Origin: Octopus vulgaris
Taxonomy: Eukaryota
Direction of reading: 5' to 3'
Assembly: GCA_951406725.2 (NCBI GenBank)
Contig: OX597814.1
Span: 191,456,001-191,520,000, forward strand
DNA: 64,000 bases
Shown here: positions 1 through 10,198 of the stretch, piece by piece
Layout: every line of letters begins with the position of its first letter
Numbering within the stretch: the first letter of the stretch is position 1
Made by a program: the position numbers and the translations under genes
The notes under the pieces: model-generated
What the model saw: the letters and a program-made list of their open reading frames with translations, nothing else
What the model was told of the DNA's origin: nothing
Database searches by the model: none

Positions 1-542
1 CCTATTTCATATTCAAACTTTTCAATAGTAATTTTGACGCACAACTCTTCAAATTCATCCTGGCTTTGGGTAAAAGAAAATACAGGAGGATCAGTTAATT
101 ATGATTTTAATCAACATATTTCCCTCTCAGACTCACACACTAGTGGTCTTTTAGTTTTTTTAAGCCCTGTAAAAGAACTCGGAAATTTGGGCCTCCAAAC
201 CAAGCCTTTCGTGATACCCTTAAAGCCAGGAACTTTTCAGCATCCTTTGTATAAGATCTTCAGTTCCTAAATTCTGGTGTTTGGTAACTTAACCTATACA
301 ATCATCAACACAGTTTTAGTTATAAAGAAATTAAATGATAATATGTTGTTTTAGGCATTGAATTCAGGATTGTATTTACTCTAACTGCAAAATACAGAGC
401 AAACTAATGATATACTAAATGGCAGGATTGAAGTAGTAGAAGAAACAGTGTTTACATGCACTCAGTTTGCTTCAAACCTTATACAGCATTGTATAGGGTT
501 TGGCACAAGGCCAGCAATTTCAAGGCAGTGGAATAAGGCATA

Positions 543-645
543 TTTAACGTTCATTTACTTCTGGGCATATGAAGAAGCATCTGAAAGAAAAAGTCAATGG
601 GAGCTAGGATGGAATAGTGAGACTATTTGTAATGGAAGAATTTCC
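543..645 (+). mobile_element. Short fragment of the same Merlin-like transposase
   Basis: Reverse-complement match to about 6030-6133 (TFIYFWAYEEASERK.QWELGW.SE.ICN). Confidence 0.7.
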
Positions 646-1064
646 TCCAAGGATGATGATAATGACATATGCACAGTTGATTCACTTATTTCAGAAAAAT
701 GTGTCAAAACAGACACTGGGGCTTGTAGCAATCCCCTGGCTCCTCAGCTCCTGCCATACTGTCCAACCCATGCTAGCCTGGAAAGCATGTATTTGATGGT
801 GATGGTGTTAGGAAGGGCATCAGCTGTAAAAAATCCTGCCAAAACAGTCACAGAAGTCTGGTGCAGGCTTCTGCCTGGCTGGCTCTTGTGAAACCGTCCT
901 GCCCATGCTAGCATGGAAAGCGGACATTAAACAATGATGATGATGATACGTTTCTTCCGGCTCTTTACATTTTGAGTTCAACTCTACCCTCACTCCTTTC
1001 AAGGTCAATAAAATAAAGTACCAGTCAAGTACTGGAATCACTGTAACCAACCAGTCACACTCTC

Positions 1065-1460
1065 TTTACTCTTTTACTTGTTTCAGTCATTTGACTGCGG
1101 CCATGCTGGAGCACCGCCTTTAGTCGAGCAAATCGACCCCGGGACTTATTCTTTGTAAGCCCAGTACTTATTCTATCGGTCTCTTTTGCCGAACCGCTAA
1201 GTTACGGGGACGTAAACACACCAGCATCGGTTGTCAAGCAATGCTAGGGGGACAAACACAGACACACATACATATATATATATATATATACATATATACG
1301 ACAGGCTTCTTTCAGTTTCCGTCTACCAAATCCTCTCACAAGGCATTGGTCGGCCCGGGGCTATAGCAGAAGACACTTGCCCAAGATGCCACGCAGTGGG
1401 ACTGAACCCGGAACCATGTGGTTGGTTAGCAAGCTACTTACCACACAGCCACTCCTGCGC
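1065..1460 (-). mobile_element. tRNA-derived CORE-like SINE, family A (copies at about 2003-2366, 4385-4748, 7944-8660, 11410-11775, 13153-13500, 27138-27525, 51428-51862, 61555-62230)
   Basis: Head ggcgcaggagtggctgtgtggtaag (A box), gggttcagtccc (B box), ggcaccttgggcaagtg CORE-like block, internal (TA)n, tail agtaaaagagtaaa. Confidence 0.85.
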
Positions 1461-1618
1461 CTTTACATTTTGAGTTCAACTCTACCCTCACTCCTTTCAG
1501 GGTCAATAAAATAAAGTACCAGTCAAGTACTGGAATCACTGTAACCAACCAGTCGCACTCTCTCCACAAATTTCAGGTCTTGTGTCTATATTAATACAAA
1601 GAAGAAAATATGATTTAC

Positions 1619-1816
1619 CTTAATACTTAAATTACGTTTTGTAGTTGGTAAAGATGGATCTTTGGTACGAATATGTTGCAGCACTTGAATGGTTCTGGTT
1701 TTAAAGCTGGTGTCTGTAAAATTATCCTTTTTCGGCAGCTTTTTGCCAACTTTGACTTTTCTCTTTTTAAAATCTTCATTTTTTTTCTTCTTTAATTTCT
1801 GTTTTGCTTTGCCCAT
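1619..1816 (-). CDS. TEX10: TEX10 / Ipi1 homolog (rixosome, pre-rRNA processing), first coding exon; gene continues beyond the window start
   Basis: MGKAKQKLKKKKNEDFKKRKVKVGKKLPKKDNFTDTSFKTRTIQV...LPTTKRNLSIK resembles the TEX10/Ipi1 N-terminus (DFQKVKLKVGKKKPK..NATPTNFKTKTI..LPTNNRKLNIK). Acceptor ttcag lies 2 nt before the ATG; donor AAG|gtaaat at 1619/1618, phase 0. Confidence 0.9.
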
Positions 1817-3392
1817 GTCTGAAATATGAATATTTACAATGTTTAATTACCATACTTAAATGGCGGTGCCCCAGCATGGCCACAGCTCATTAGCTGAAAC
1901 TAGAAAAATCAAAATCAATACAAACAATTTCCTTAGTTTTATTTAATCCTTTGGATACCAACCCAGCTGAGACTACTCTGGATTCTATGATACTCTCTCT
2001 CTCTTTTACTCTTTTACTTGTTTCAGTCATTTGACTGTGGCCATGCTGGAGCACCGCCTTTAGTCAAGCAAATTGACCCCAGGACTTATTCTTTTTGTAA
2101 ACCTAGTACTTATTCTATCAGTCACTTTTGCTGAACCGCTAAGTTACGGGGACGTAAACACACCAGCGATGTTGGGGGGACAAACACAGACACACATATA
2201 TATATACAACAGGCTTCTTTCAGTTTCCGTCTACCAAATCCACTCACAAGGCTTTGGTTGGCATGAGGGTATAGTAGAAGACACTTGCCCAAGGTGCCAC
2301 GCAATGGGACTGAACCCGGAACCATGTGGTTGGTAAGCAAGCTACTTCCCACACAGCCACTCCTATGATACAAACTTTGAGCATTAAAGGGCTCTTCATT
2401 TAACCCTTTAGTGTTCAAATCATCCTTATTTCCTTATTGCCCACAAGGGGCTAAACAAGGACAAGCAAAGGGATTAAGTCGATTACATCGACCCCAGTGC
2501 GTAACTGGTAATTAATTTATCGACCCCCGAAAGGATGAAAGGCAAAGTCAACCTTGGCAGAATTTGAACTCAGAACGTAAAGTCAGACGAAATACCTATT
2601 TCTTTACTACCCACAAGGGGCTAAACACAGAGGGGACAAACAAGGACAGACAAACGGATTAAGTCGATTATATTGATCCCAGTGCGTAACTGGTACTTAA
2701 TTTATCAACCCCGAAAGGATGAAAGGCAAAGTCGACCTTGGCAGAATTTGAACTCAGAACCTAATGACAGATGAAATACCGCTAAGCATTTTGCCCAGCG
2801 TGCTAACATTTGTCAGCTCACCACCTTGATGTTCAAATCATTCTGTCCAATGTAATGTTTATTCACATTGTTTTGAATTATGCATACACTTTCTTGTCGC
2901 TTTGAGATTTTGATGAGGTAACTGTTAACTTTTAGACAGATATTGTAGGGCTGGTGTGAGAGGCCAGGTCTGGCCAGTTTGAATATAAAACAAGTAGAAT
3001 ATCTGGGCCAGATATGACCTGTTTAAATGCCAAAGGAGCAAAGGTCATGTTATTTTATGTGTAAACACCAGTTTAGAAATGACAAAGTTATTTTACTAAA
3101 TCTTTCTTTACTTTCAGAATTAACTGAAACATAGGCAGTGTATTTCAAGCGAAATTTGATAACAAAAAGGTTATGGATATCTGGCAACAAAAAGATTAAG
3201 ATTGAGAAGCCTTATAGCTGCCTGATGCACTGGATCTTTCATTTGTTGCACATAATTCACACTGACATCTACACTTTCAGAAATCCTACAAACTTACCCA
3301 CCTCCTCCTATCAATGGACCCACATTAATATCTATAAAAGGATCAATTAGATGAAAGTAAGACAACTTGATCACAACATGTGGTTATTTGTA

Positions 3393-3622
3393 CTTAACCC
3401 TTTTGTTACTGTATTTATTTTGAGATGCTCTGGGTTTTTTTCAATTGCTTTAAATAAAACAAAGAATTTAGTAAAATAACTTAGTTATTATTTAGCTAGT
3501 ATTAGGAACATAAATTGTGACTAAGGTTTAGTGGAAAATTTTGATTCAAAACTTATCAAAAGAAGACATTTGTACTACAGAGCCAGTGCCAGTTGCAGCC
3601 GGGTTGGTAGCAAATGGGTTAA
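3393..3622. mobile_element. piggyBac-type MITE (other copies at about 8896-9119 and 41743-41963, fragments at 2400-3040 and 9150-9400)
   Basis: TTAA-CCCTT ... GGG-TTAA termini; near-identical body at 8896-9119. Confidence 0.65.
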
Positions 3623-4014
3623 ATACCACTTCAGCTATATTGCAATACAACTGGAGAATGGAGTGTATATTATATAAAATATAGTATTTTATATATAAAG
3701 GTGTGTGAGAGAAAGAGAGAGAAGAGAGCAAATCACCTAATGGTTGAGGTATTGCACCTTAACAATTACAATGTTATGGTTTTGATTCTTGGACTGAGGA
3801 TTTGTTGTATTCTTGAACAAGACACTTCATCTCACATTGACCTGCAATCTCTTGGACATCAGATGCACTTGTACAGACAATGTCAATTTGATGGAGCAAG
3901 TGAGGTGATGTACAGTACCATTAACAAATCCTCTCTGCAGTTTCTTCAGTAAGGAACTGCGGAATCCTTGTCTGTCATCTACTGCAGGAGAGTCCACCAT
4001 AATATATATTATTA

Positions 4015-4221
4015 TGAGAGGGGGTGCTGAAAAGTTCCTAGTTTTAAGGGTGTTGCAAAAGGCCTGGTTGGAGTTCTTTTACACGGTTTAGAAAAACTAA
4101 AGGACTACAGCAATAAGTGTGTGAATCTAAGAAGGGTAATATGTTAAATAAAATCATAATTAACTGATCCTCTTATATTTCCTTTTACCCAAAGCCAGGA
4201 ACTTTTCAGCAACCCCTTGTA
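4015..4221 (+). mobile_element. Mariner-derived MITE (further copies at about 50-252 minus and 34389-34603 plus)
   Basis: TIRs ggggtgctgaaaagttcct / aggaacttttcagcaacccc; interior resembles the mariner C-terminus (KL..R..KC.NL.G.YVE-stop). Confidence 0.7.
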
Positions 4222-5140
4222 TAGATTTATATATACTGCTGTTAGTTTGGAGGCTGGAGTAGCGTTTATTTAAATTACATAGAAAATATAGTGATTTTTG
4301 GAAGTGTTGTAGTAGTGCTACAGTGTTGTTGTTGAATGATGATTGAGCAAACGTTATGAGCAAAGAGATTTCTAATCATGATTACTCTCTTTACTCTTTT
4401 ACTTGTTTCAGTCATTTGACTGTGGCCATGTTGGAGCACCACCTTTAGTCGAGCAAATCGACCCCAGGACTTATTCTTTGTAAGCCTAGCACTTATTCAA
4501 CCAAACTCTTTTGCCAAACCGCTAAGTTACGGGGATGTAAACACACCACCATCGGCTGTCAAGCGATGTTGGGGGGGACAAACACACACATATATATGAC
4601 GGGCTTCTTTCAGTTTCTGTCTACCAAATCCACTCACAAGGCTTTGGTCAGCCTGAGGCTATGGTAGAAGGTGCCACACAGTGGGACTGAACCCAGAATC
4701 ATGTGGTTCATAAGCAAGGTACTTACCACACAGCCACTCCTACACCTATGTGATTATGCGGTCTTTTTTATATGTCAAAGTCTATACTGGCCAATATATT
4801 CTTCCTTTCAACACAGTAGTGTGTGATTTGAAAGAGATTTGGCTCCTATTTCTTGTAGGTTGAGTGACCACATCAGAGGCTTTCTGTTTGTGTTCTAGAG
4901 TTGTCAATGTTGGTTTAAATAAGTAGATATCTAGTTTTATAGTTTGAAACTGAACTCTAACCATGGACTGTGGCATTCATATATAGTTATAATGAAGGGA
5001 TTTCTATCAAACCATGGACATACGAATGTGTAAATCTCATACCACAAATAGCAATGTCTGATTTGAGAGAGATTTGGCTATTATAATAAGCCGAACCATG
5101 TAGAGGTCCCATTTGCTAATGATGCTTGCGGCATGGTATG

Positions 5141-5375
5141 AAGGCGGTGAACTGGCAGACATGTTAGCATGCCAGGCGAAATGCTTTGTGGTATTTTGTC
5201 TGCCACTACGTTCTGAGTTCAAATTCTGCCGAGGTCAACTTTGCCTTTCATCCTTTCAGGGTCGATTAAATAAGTACCAGTTACGCACTGGGGTCGATAT
5301 GATCGACTTAATCCATTTGTCTGTCCTTGTTTGTCCTCTCTGTGATTAGCCCTTTGTGGGTAGTAAAGAAATAGG
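5141..5375 (+). mobile_element. tRNA-derived SINE, family B, Nin-like central domain (copies at about 2425-2828, 14050-14265, 26099-26300, 36135-36365, 36663-36892, 62462-62675, 63061-63270)
   Basis: ggcggcgagctggcaga..gagttcaaattcc..gcctttcatcctttcggggtcgataaa..aagtaccag recurs throughout the window. Confidence 0.8.
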
Positions 5376-5379
5376 TATG

Positions 5380-5680
5380 AAGGCACATGGCTACATGGTT
5401 AGGGTATTTGGCTTATGACCATATGGTCATGAAATTAATTCCCAGTGGCACATTGCATCCTTGAGTAAGACATTTGATTTCTCAGTTGCTCAATTCAATA
5501 AGCTGGCAAAAATGAGTTGCAGCAGCTTTGTCACATTGTATCACACTCAATCTTCCCAAGAACTATGTTAAAGGAAAAGTGTGCCTGTAGAGCGCTCAGC
5601 CACTTGCACATTAATTTCACAAACAGGCTGTTTTGTCGACTCAATCCCCTGGAATACTCATTGTCATAACCAACAGAGCA
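5380..5680 (+). mobile_element. tRNA-derived SINE, family D, V/Meta-like domain (copies at about 7305-7625, 12790-13098 minus, 44783-44930)
   Basis: tggcttagtggtt..aattccc head then gtgtccttgagcaagacactttatttcac..gctccagtccactcagctggcaaaaatgagt. Confidence 0.7.
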
Positions 5681-5688
5681 CCGGTTCC

Positions 5689-6896
5689 AGTACTTCTTTG
5701 GAATTCCCCCCACCCAACCCCACCCCCATAACTTTTGAACCAGTAATTTGTTTTTTTTTATTTTTTCAGATTCATATGTTTTCGATATCAGAGATTATGA
5801 TTTAGTAAAAAAAAAAAAATTTAAAAAAAGAAAAGAATTTCTATTACCCCAACCCCCACCCAATTTATTTGCTTTGTTTACAGTTGATAAGACAAGCTGT
5901 CACACACAAAATGACAGCTTCTAAATCCTGTTTCCTGATTGGGTGAAAAATGATCAAACTTTAAACCTCTATAACTTTTTGAAAACATTTTTCTGAAATA
6001 AGTGAAACAGCTGTGCATATGTCACAGATGAAATTCTTCCAATTACAAATAATCTCACTATCCCATCCCAGCTCCCATTGACATTTTCTTTCAGATGCTT
6101 CTTCATTATGCCCAGAAGTAAATGAACGTTAAAATTTCTCTTAAGTCCAGATTACTATTGGCAAAGAATGTGTCACATCTCAAACCTCTCTCCTTTCTAC
6201 ACGGCCTTCCACATCTCCATCTCAATATTTCCTTTGTTTTACTACCCTTTATCAATTCCATATTTTGGTTACACGTGCAACAAACTCTCACACGATGTAA
6301 TATTCCAATATCTTGGCAAAACGTAATTGTCAATTCAGCTGTTGCTGTTGAGTCAAGCAATTGACGGATATTACAGCTGTTGATATCAATAAAGTTCATA
6401 ATTATATAATGAAGTTAAATTGTGCTTATATACCTTTTTAATCAACTTCACTGTATGTTCAACACTAACTTCAAATAGTTCTATAATGGATCTAGTTGGT
6501 TTGGCTACCAGCATTTCAAAAATTAAATTTTATTGAAATTTTAAAAAATTTGGCACAATAACGTGTGTAAAAGCACCCACTACACTCTCGGAGTGGTTGG
6601 TGTTAGGAAGGGCATCCAACTGTAAAAACTCTGCCAGATCAAGATTGGAGCCTGGTGCAGCCATCCGGTTTGCCAGTCCTTAGTCAAATTGTCCAACCCA
6701 TGCTAGCATGGAAAGCAGACGTTAAACGATGATGATGATGATGAATGTTCATTTCCAATGGAATAAAAAAAATTTTTTTTGCTAAATCATAATCTCCAAT
6801 ATCAAAAACATATGAATCTGAAAAAATTTAAAAGAAAAATTACTGGTACAAAAGTTATATGGTGGTGGTGGTGGTGGGAGATTGAGAAGAAGTACC
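5689..6896 (-). mobile_element. Merlin / IS1016 (ISXO2-like) DNA transposon, internally deleted
   Basis: About 130-bp imperfect TIRs (5689-5820 vs 6770-6896); 8-bp flanks ccggttcc / ccagtttc; ORF 6106-6399 has the Cys-rich N-terminus CCTCNQNM..WRCGRPCRKERGLRCDTFF.NS.LDL.EI..FIYFWA followed by a stop. Confidence 0.75.
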
Positions 6897-7084
6897 CCAG
6901 TTTCTTTCATTTGTTTGGTATGATATCAGTGAGTACCCTCACTGAGAACATTTGTGTCATTTTCTGTCTTTACTCTTTAAGCTAAGGATATACAGGAAAT
7001 GTAGTCACATTGCTGACAGGCAAATAGAAGGGAAGTTAGAAGTTAATAGTAGATATACACACGAAATAAATTCTTCAAATGCTG

Positions 7085-7825
7085 AGGAAAATCTTTAGAA
7101 GCTGTTGATAGATTTTGTTGCCTAGGTGACCTAATTAGATGAAAAGGTAAGTGTTCTGAAGGCATAGATGTCAAACAAAGAACAGGAAAGAAAAAGTTCA
7201 GGAAGCTATAACTCCTGCTGGCAACAAAAGCCTTCTTTATCAGAGTGAAGGGCAGATTATATAATGTTTGTGTATGAAGTGCAATGCTATATGATTGCAA
7301 TATGAAGGCCATGTGGTTTAGTAATTAGGTTATCTGGCTCATGATTGTAAAGCTGTGAGTTTGCTTCCCAGTAGCACACTGTGTCCTTCAGCAAGACACT
7401 TTATTTCACATTGCTCCAGTCCACTCAGATGCCAAAAATGAGTAGTATCTGTATTTCAAAGGGCCAGCCTTGTCATATTCTGTGTCATGCTGAATCCCCC
7501 TGAAAACTATGTTACGGGTATGCATGTCAGTGGAGTGTTCAGCTACTTGCATGTTAATTCCATGAGCAGGCTGTTCTGTCGATCGACTCAATCAGAGCAC
7601 TCGTCGTCATAATTGGCAGAGTGTTATGTGGTAGTAAGACATGGTCTTTAAGTGCAGTGGGTCTGCGAATGGCGGAAAGAAATGAGGTGAGCACATTCTG
7701 CTGGATGTACTATAACGTAGTCATGCATAAACAGAACACAAATAAGATGAGAGGAAAAGTGAATGCTAAGAAGAATCAGATGTAGTGTACAAGAGAAATC
7801 TATGCCGGTATGGTATGTTCTGCAA
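7085..7825 (+). mobile_element. Degenerate RTE-clade LINE RT C-terminal fragment interrupted by a SINE
   Basis: Hand translation LEAVDRFCCLGDLI...KFRKL.LLLATK..IRVKGRLYNVCV.SAMLY before 7295 resumes as GSKTWSL....ERNE....WM after 7625. Confidence 0.7.
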
Positions 7826-8110
7826 ATCAAGGACGTAACTAGTTTAAGCCTTTCAATACTAACCCACTCAAGACTGCTCATGTTCTAAGCTTAAACTTAC
7901 CATCAAAATTTTATCAGATAAATTATCATCATCAACATTAACATAGGTGCAGGACTGGCTGTGTGGTAAGTAGCTTGCTTACCAACCACATGGCTCCGGG
8001 TTCATTCCCACTGTGTGTAACTCTGGGCAAGTGTCTTCTACTATAGCCTCGGGATGACCAAAGCCTTGTGAGTGGATTTGGTAGACGAAAACTGAGAGAT
8101 GCCCATCGTA

Positions 8111-8205
<95 letters not shown>

Positions 8206-8206
<1 letters not shown>

Positions 8207-8369
8207 CAATTGCAGCGTGGAAGGTGTTTATAAGCCATTTAAGAAACACACAAAAGCCGTTCGATTCACTTCAACATTTAGGTTTAATTTGTCTTAAATG
8301 TTGAAGTGAATCGAACAGCTTTTGTGTGTTTCTTAAATGGCTTATAAACACCTTCCACGCTGCAATTGT
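8206..8369. repeat. Near-perfect palindrome with 75-bp arms inside a SINE (TA)n tract
   Basis: 8206-8280 is the reverse complement of 8295-8369 with 1 mismatch; 14-nt spacer. Confidence 0.95.
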
Positions 8370-8423
8370 TTTCGTTTCAGCACACGATCTCAGATCAAAT
8401 TACTTGCTATGCGAGTACATCTT

Positions 8424-8474
<51 letters not shown>

Positions 8475-9581
8475 ATATGTCTGTGTTGTCCCCCAACATT
8501 GCTTGATAACCAAGTAACTTAGTGGTTCGGCAAAAGCGACCAATAGAATAAGTACTAGGCTTCCAAAGAATAAGTCCTGGGGTCAATTTGCTCGACAACA
8601 GGCGATGCTCCAGCATGGCTGCAGTCAAGTGACTGAACCAAGTAAAAGAGTAAAAAGAGAGAAAAGAGTATTTAATGTCCATTGCCCATGTTGGCATGGG
8701 TTGGACAGTTTGACAAGAGCTGGCAAGCTAAGTGGATGCATCAGACCCCAGTCTGATTTGGCATGGTTTCTACAACTTGATGCTCCTCCTAATGCCAACC
8801 ACTCTGATAGTGCAATGTCACCAGCATGGGTCCCATTTGCATGATGCCAGTATCTGCCACATCTACGATTTCACTTGAAACTTACCAAAGAATTTTAACC
8901 CTTTCGTTACTGTATTTATTTTGAGATGCTCTGTGTTTCTTTCATTTACTTTAAATATAACAAATAATTTAGTAAAATAACTTAGTTATTATTAAGCTAG
9001 TGTTAGGAACATAAATTGAGACTAAGGTTTGGAAAATTTTAATTCAAAACTTGTGGAAACAAGACATTTGTACTCAAAGCCAAAGCCAGTTTAAACCGAG
9101 TTGGTAACGAAAGGTTTAATCAAACTGTTTTGATCCATATATATATATAAAATTATGACTAAGTTATTTCACTAAATTTTTCATTATTTTCAAAATTCAT
9201 TAAAACAAGGCTGTGTATTTCAGCAGAAACATGGCAACAAAAGGGTTAACTCTTTGGTATTTAAACAGGCCATAACCAGCCCAAATATTCTGCGTTTTAT
9301 GCTAATACTGATCAGATGCAACTTCTCACACCTTCCCTACAATGTCATTCTAAAAATATACAATCATGTCATTGAAGTCTTGAAGCTACAAGATAGTGAC
9401 AGTGTGGTAAGAAGGTTGCTTCCCAACCACATGGTTCCAAGTTCATTCAGTCCCACTATGTGGCACCTTGGTCAAGTGTCTTCTTCTATAGCCTCAGGCC
9501 AACCAAAGTCTTGGGAGTGGATTTGGTAGACAGAAACTGGAAAAAGCCGGTAGTATATATATATATATATATATATATACA

Positions 9582-10198
9582 CTAGCAGCTAAGCCTGGTT
9601 TCACCCGATCAGTTGGATGATGTGGCTGCTCAGTGTAAGTATTCGACTAATTTGGGCACGCTTACATTATAAAACAATTTTAGAATGACTTTTTTCTGTC
9701 AAAACGCTAAAAATAACTGACCAACAACAAAAAAAATCAACCAAGGTTCAACCAAATCAAAAAATAAACCCAAATAGTGAGTGAACGAAGATGCAAAACA
9801 AAGATACAAAAAAAAAACTTAAAAAATAAAACAAATTATAAATAAAAAATAGGTAAAACAATCTTTTAAAATTTCAAAGGTCAAAAAACAAAAAAAAAAT
9901 AAGTGCAAAATATTCATTACCTCAACCTCAATGCGAAATATTACACAAAATTTAAAAACAAAAGAAAAAAACCCATCTGAAACTGAAAAACTACAAAGAA
10001 AGACTTCACAAAAAATCCCACTTCCATTGCGTGCACACACACACACAAACACATATCCCCATCCTTTACATACACACACACAGAGTTGAAACGCTGTTTG
10101 ATTTATTTTTTTAAGCGTACTATTTGCATCATCCTATTATCAAGTATGACATCATCCCTTCCTTTCTCATTCATAAACATGAGCATTATTATAGTAGA
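9582..10198 (-). mobile_element. Non-autonomous Helitron
   Basis: Minus strand begins a|TCTACTATA and ends CTAG|t with a degenerate subterminal hairpin. Confidence 0.6.

Noticed and set aside
1231-1473. Recurrent peptide EDTCPRCHAVGLNPEPCGW in many ORFs, resembling a gene family
   Set aside because: Antisense translation of the family A SINE head.
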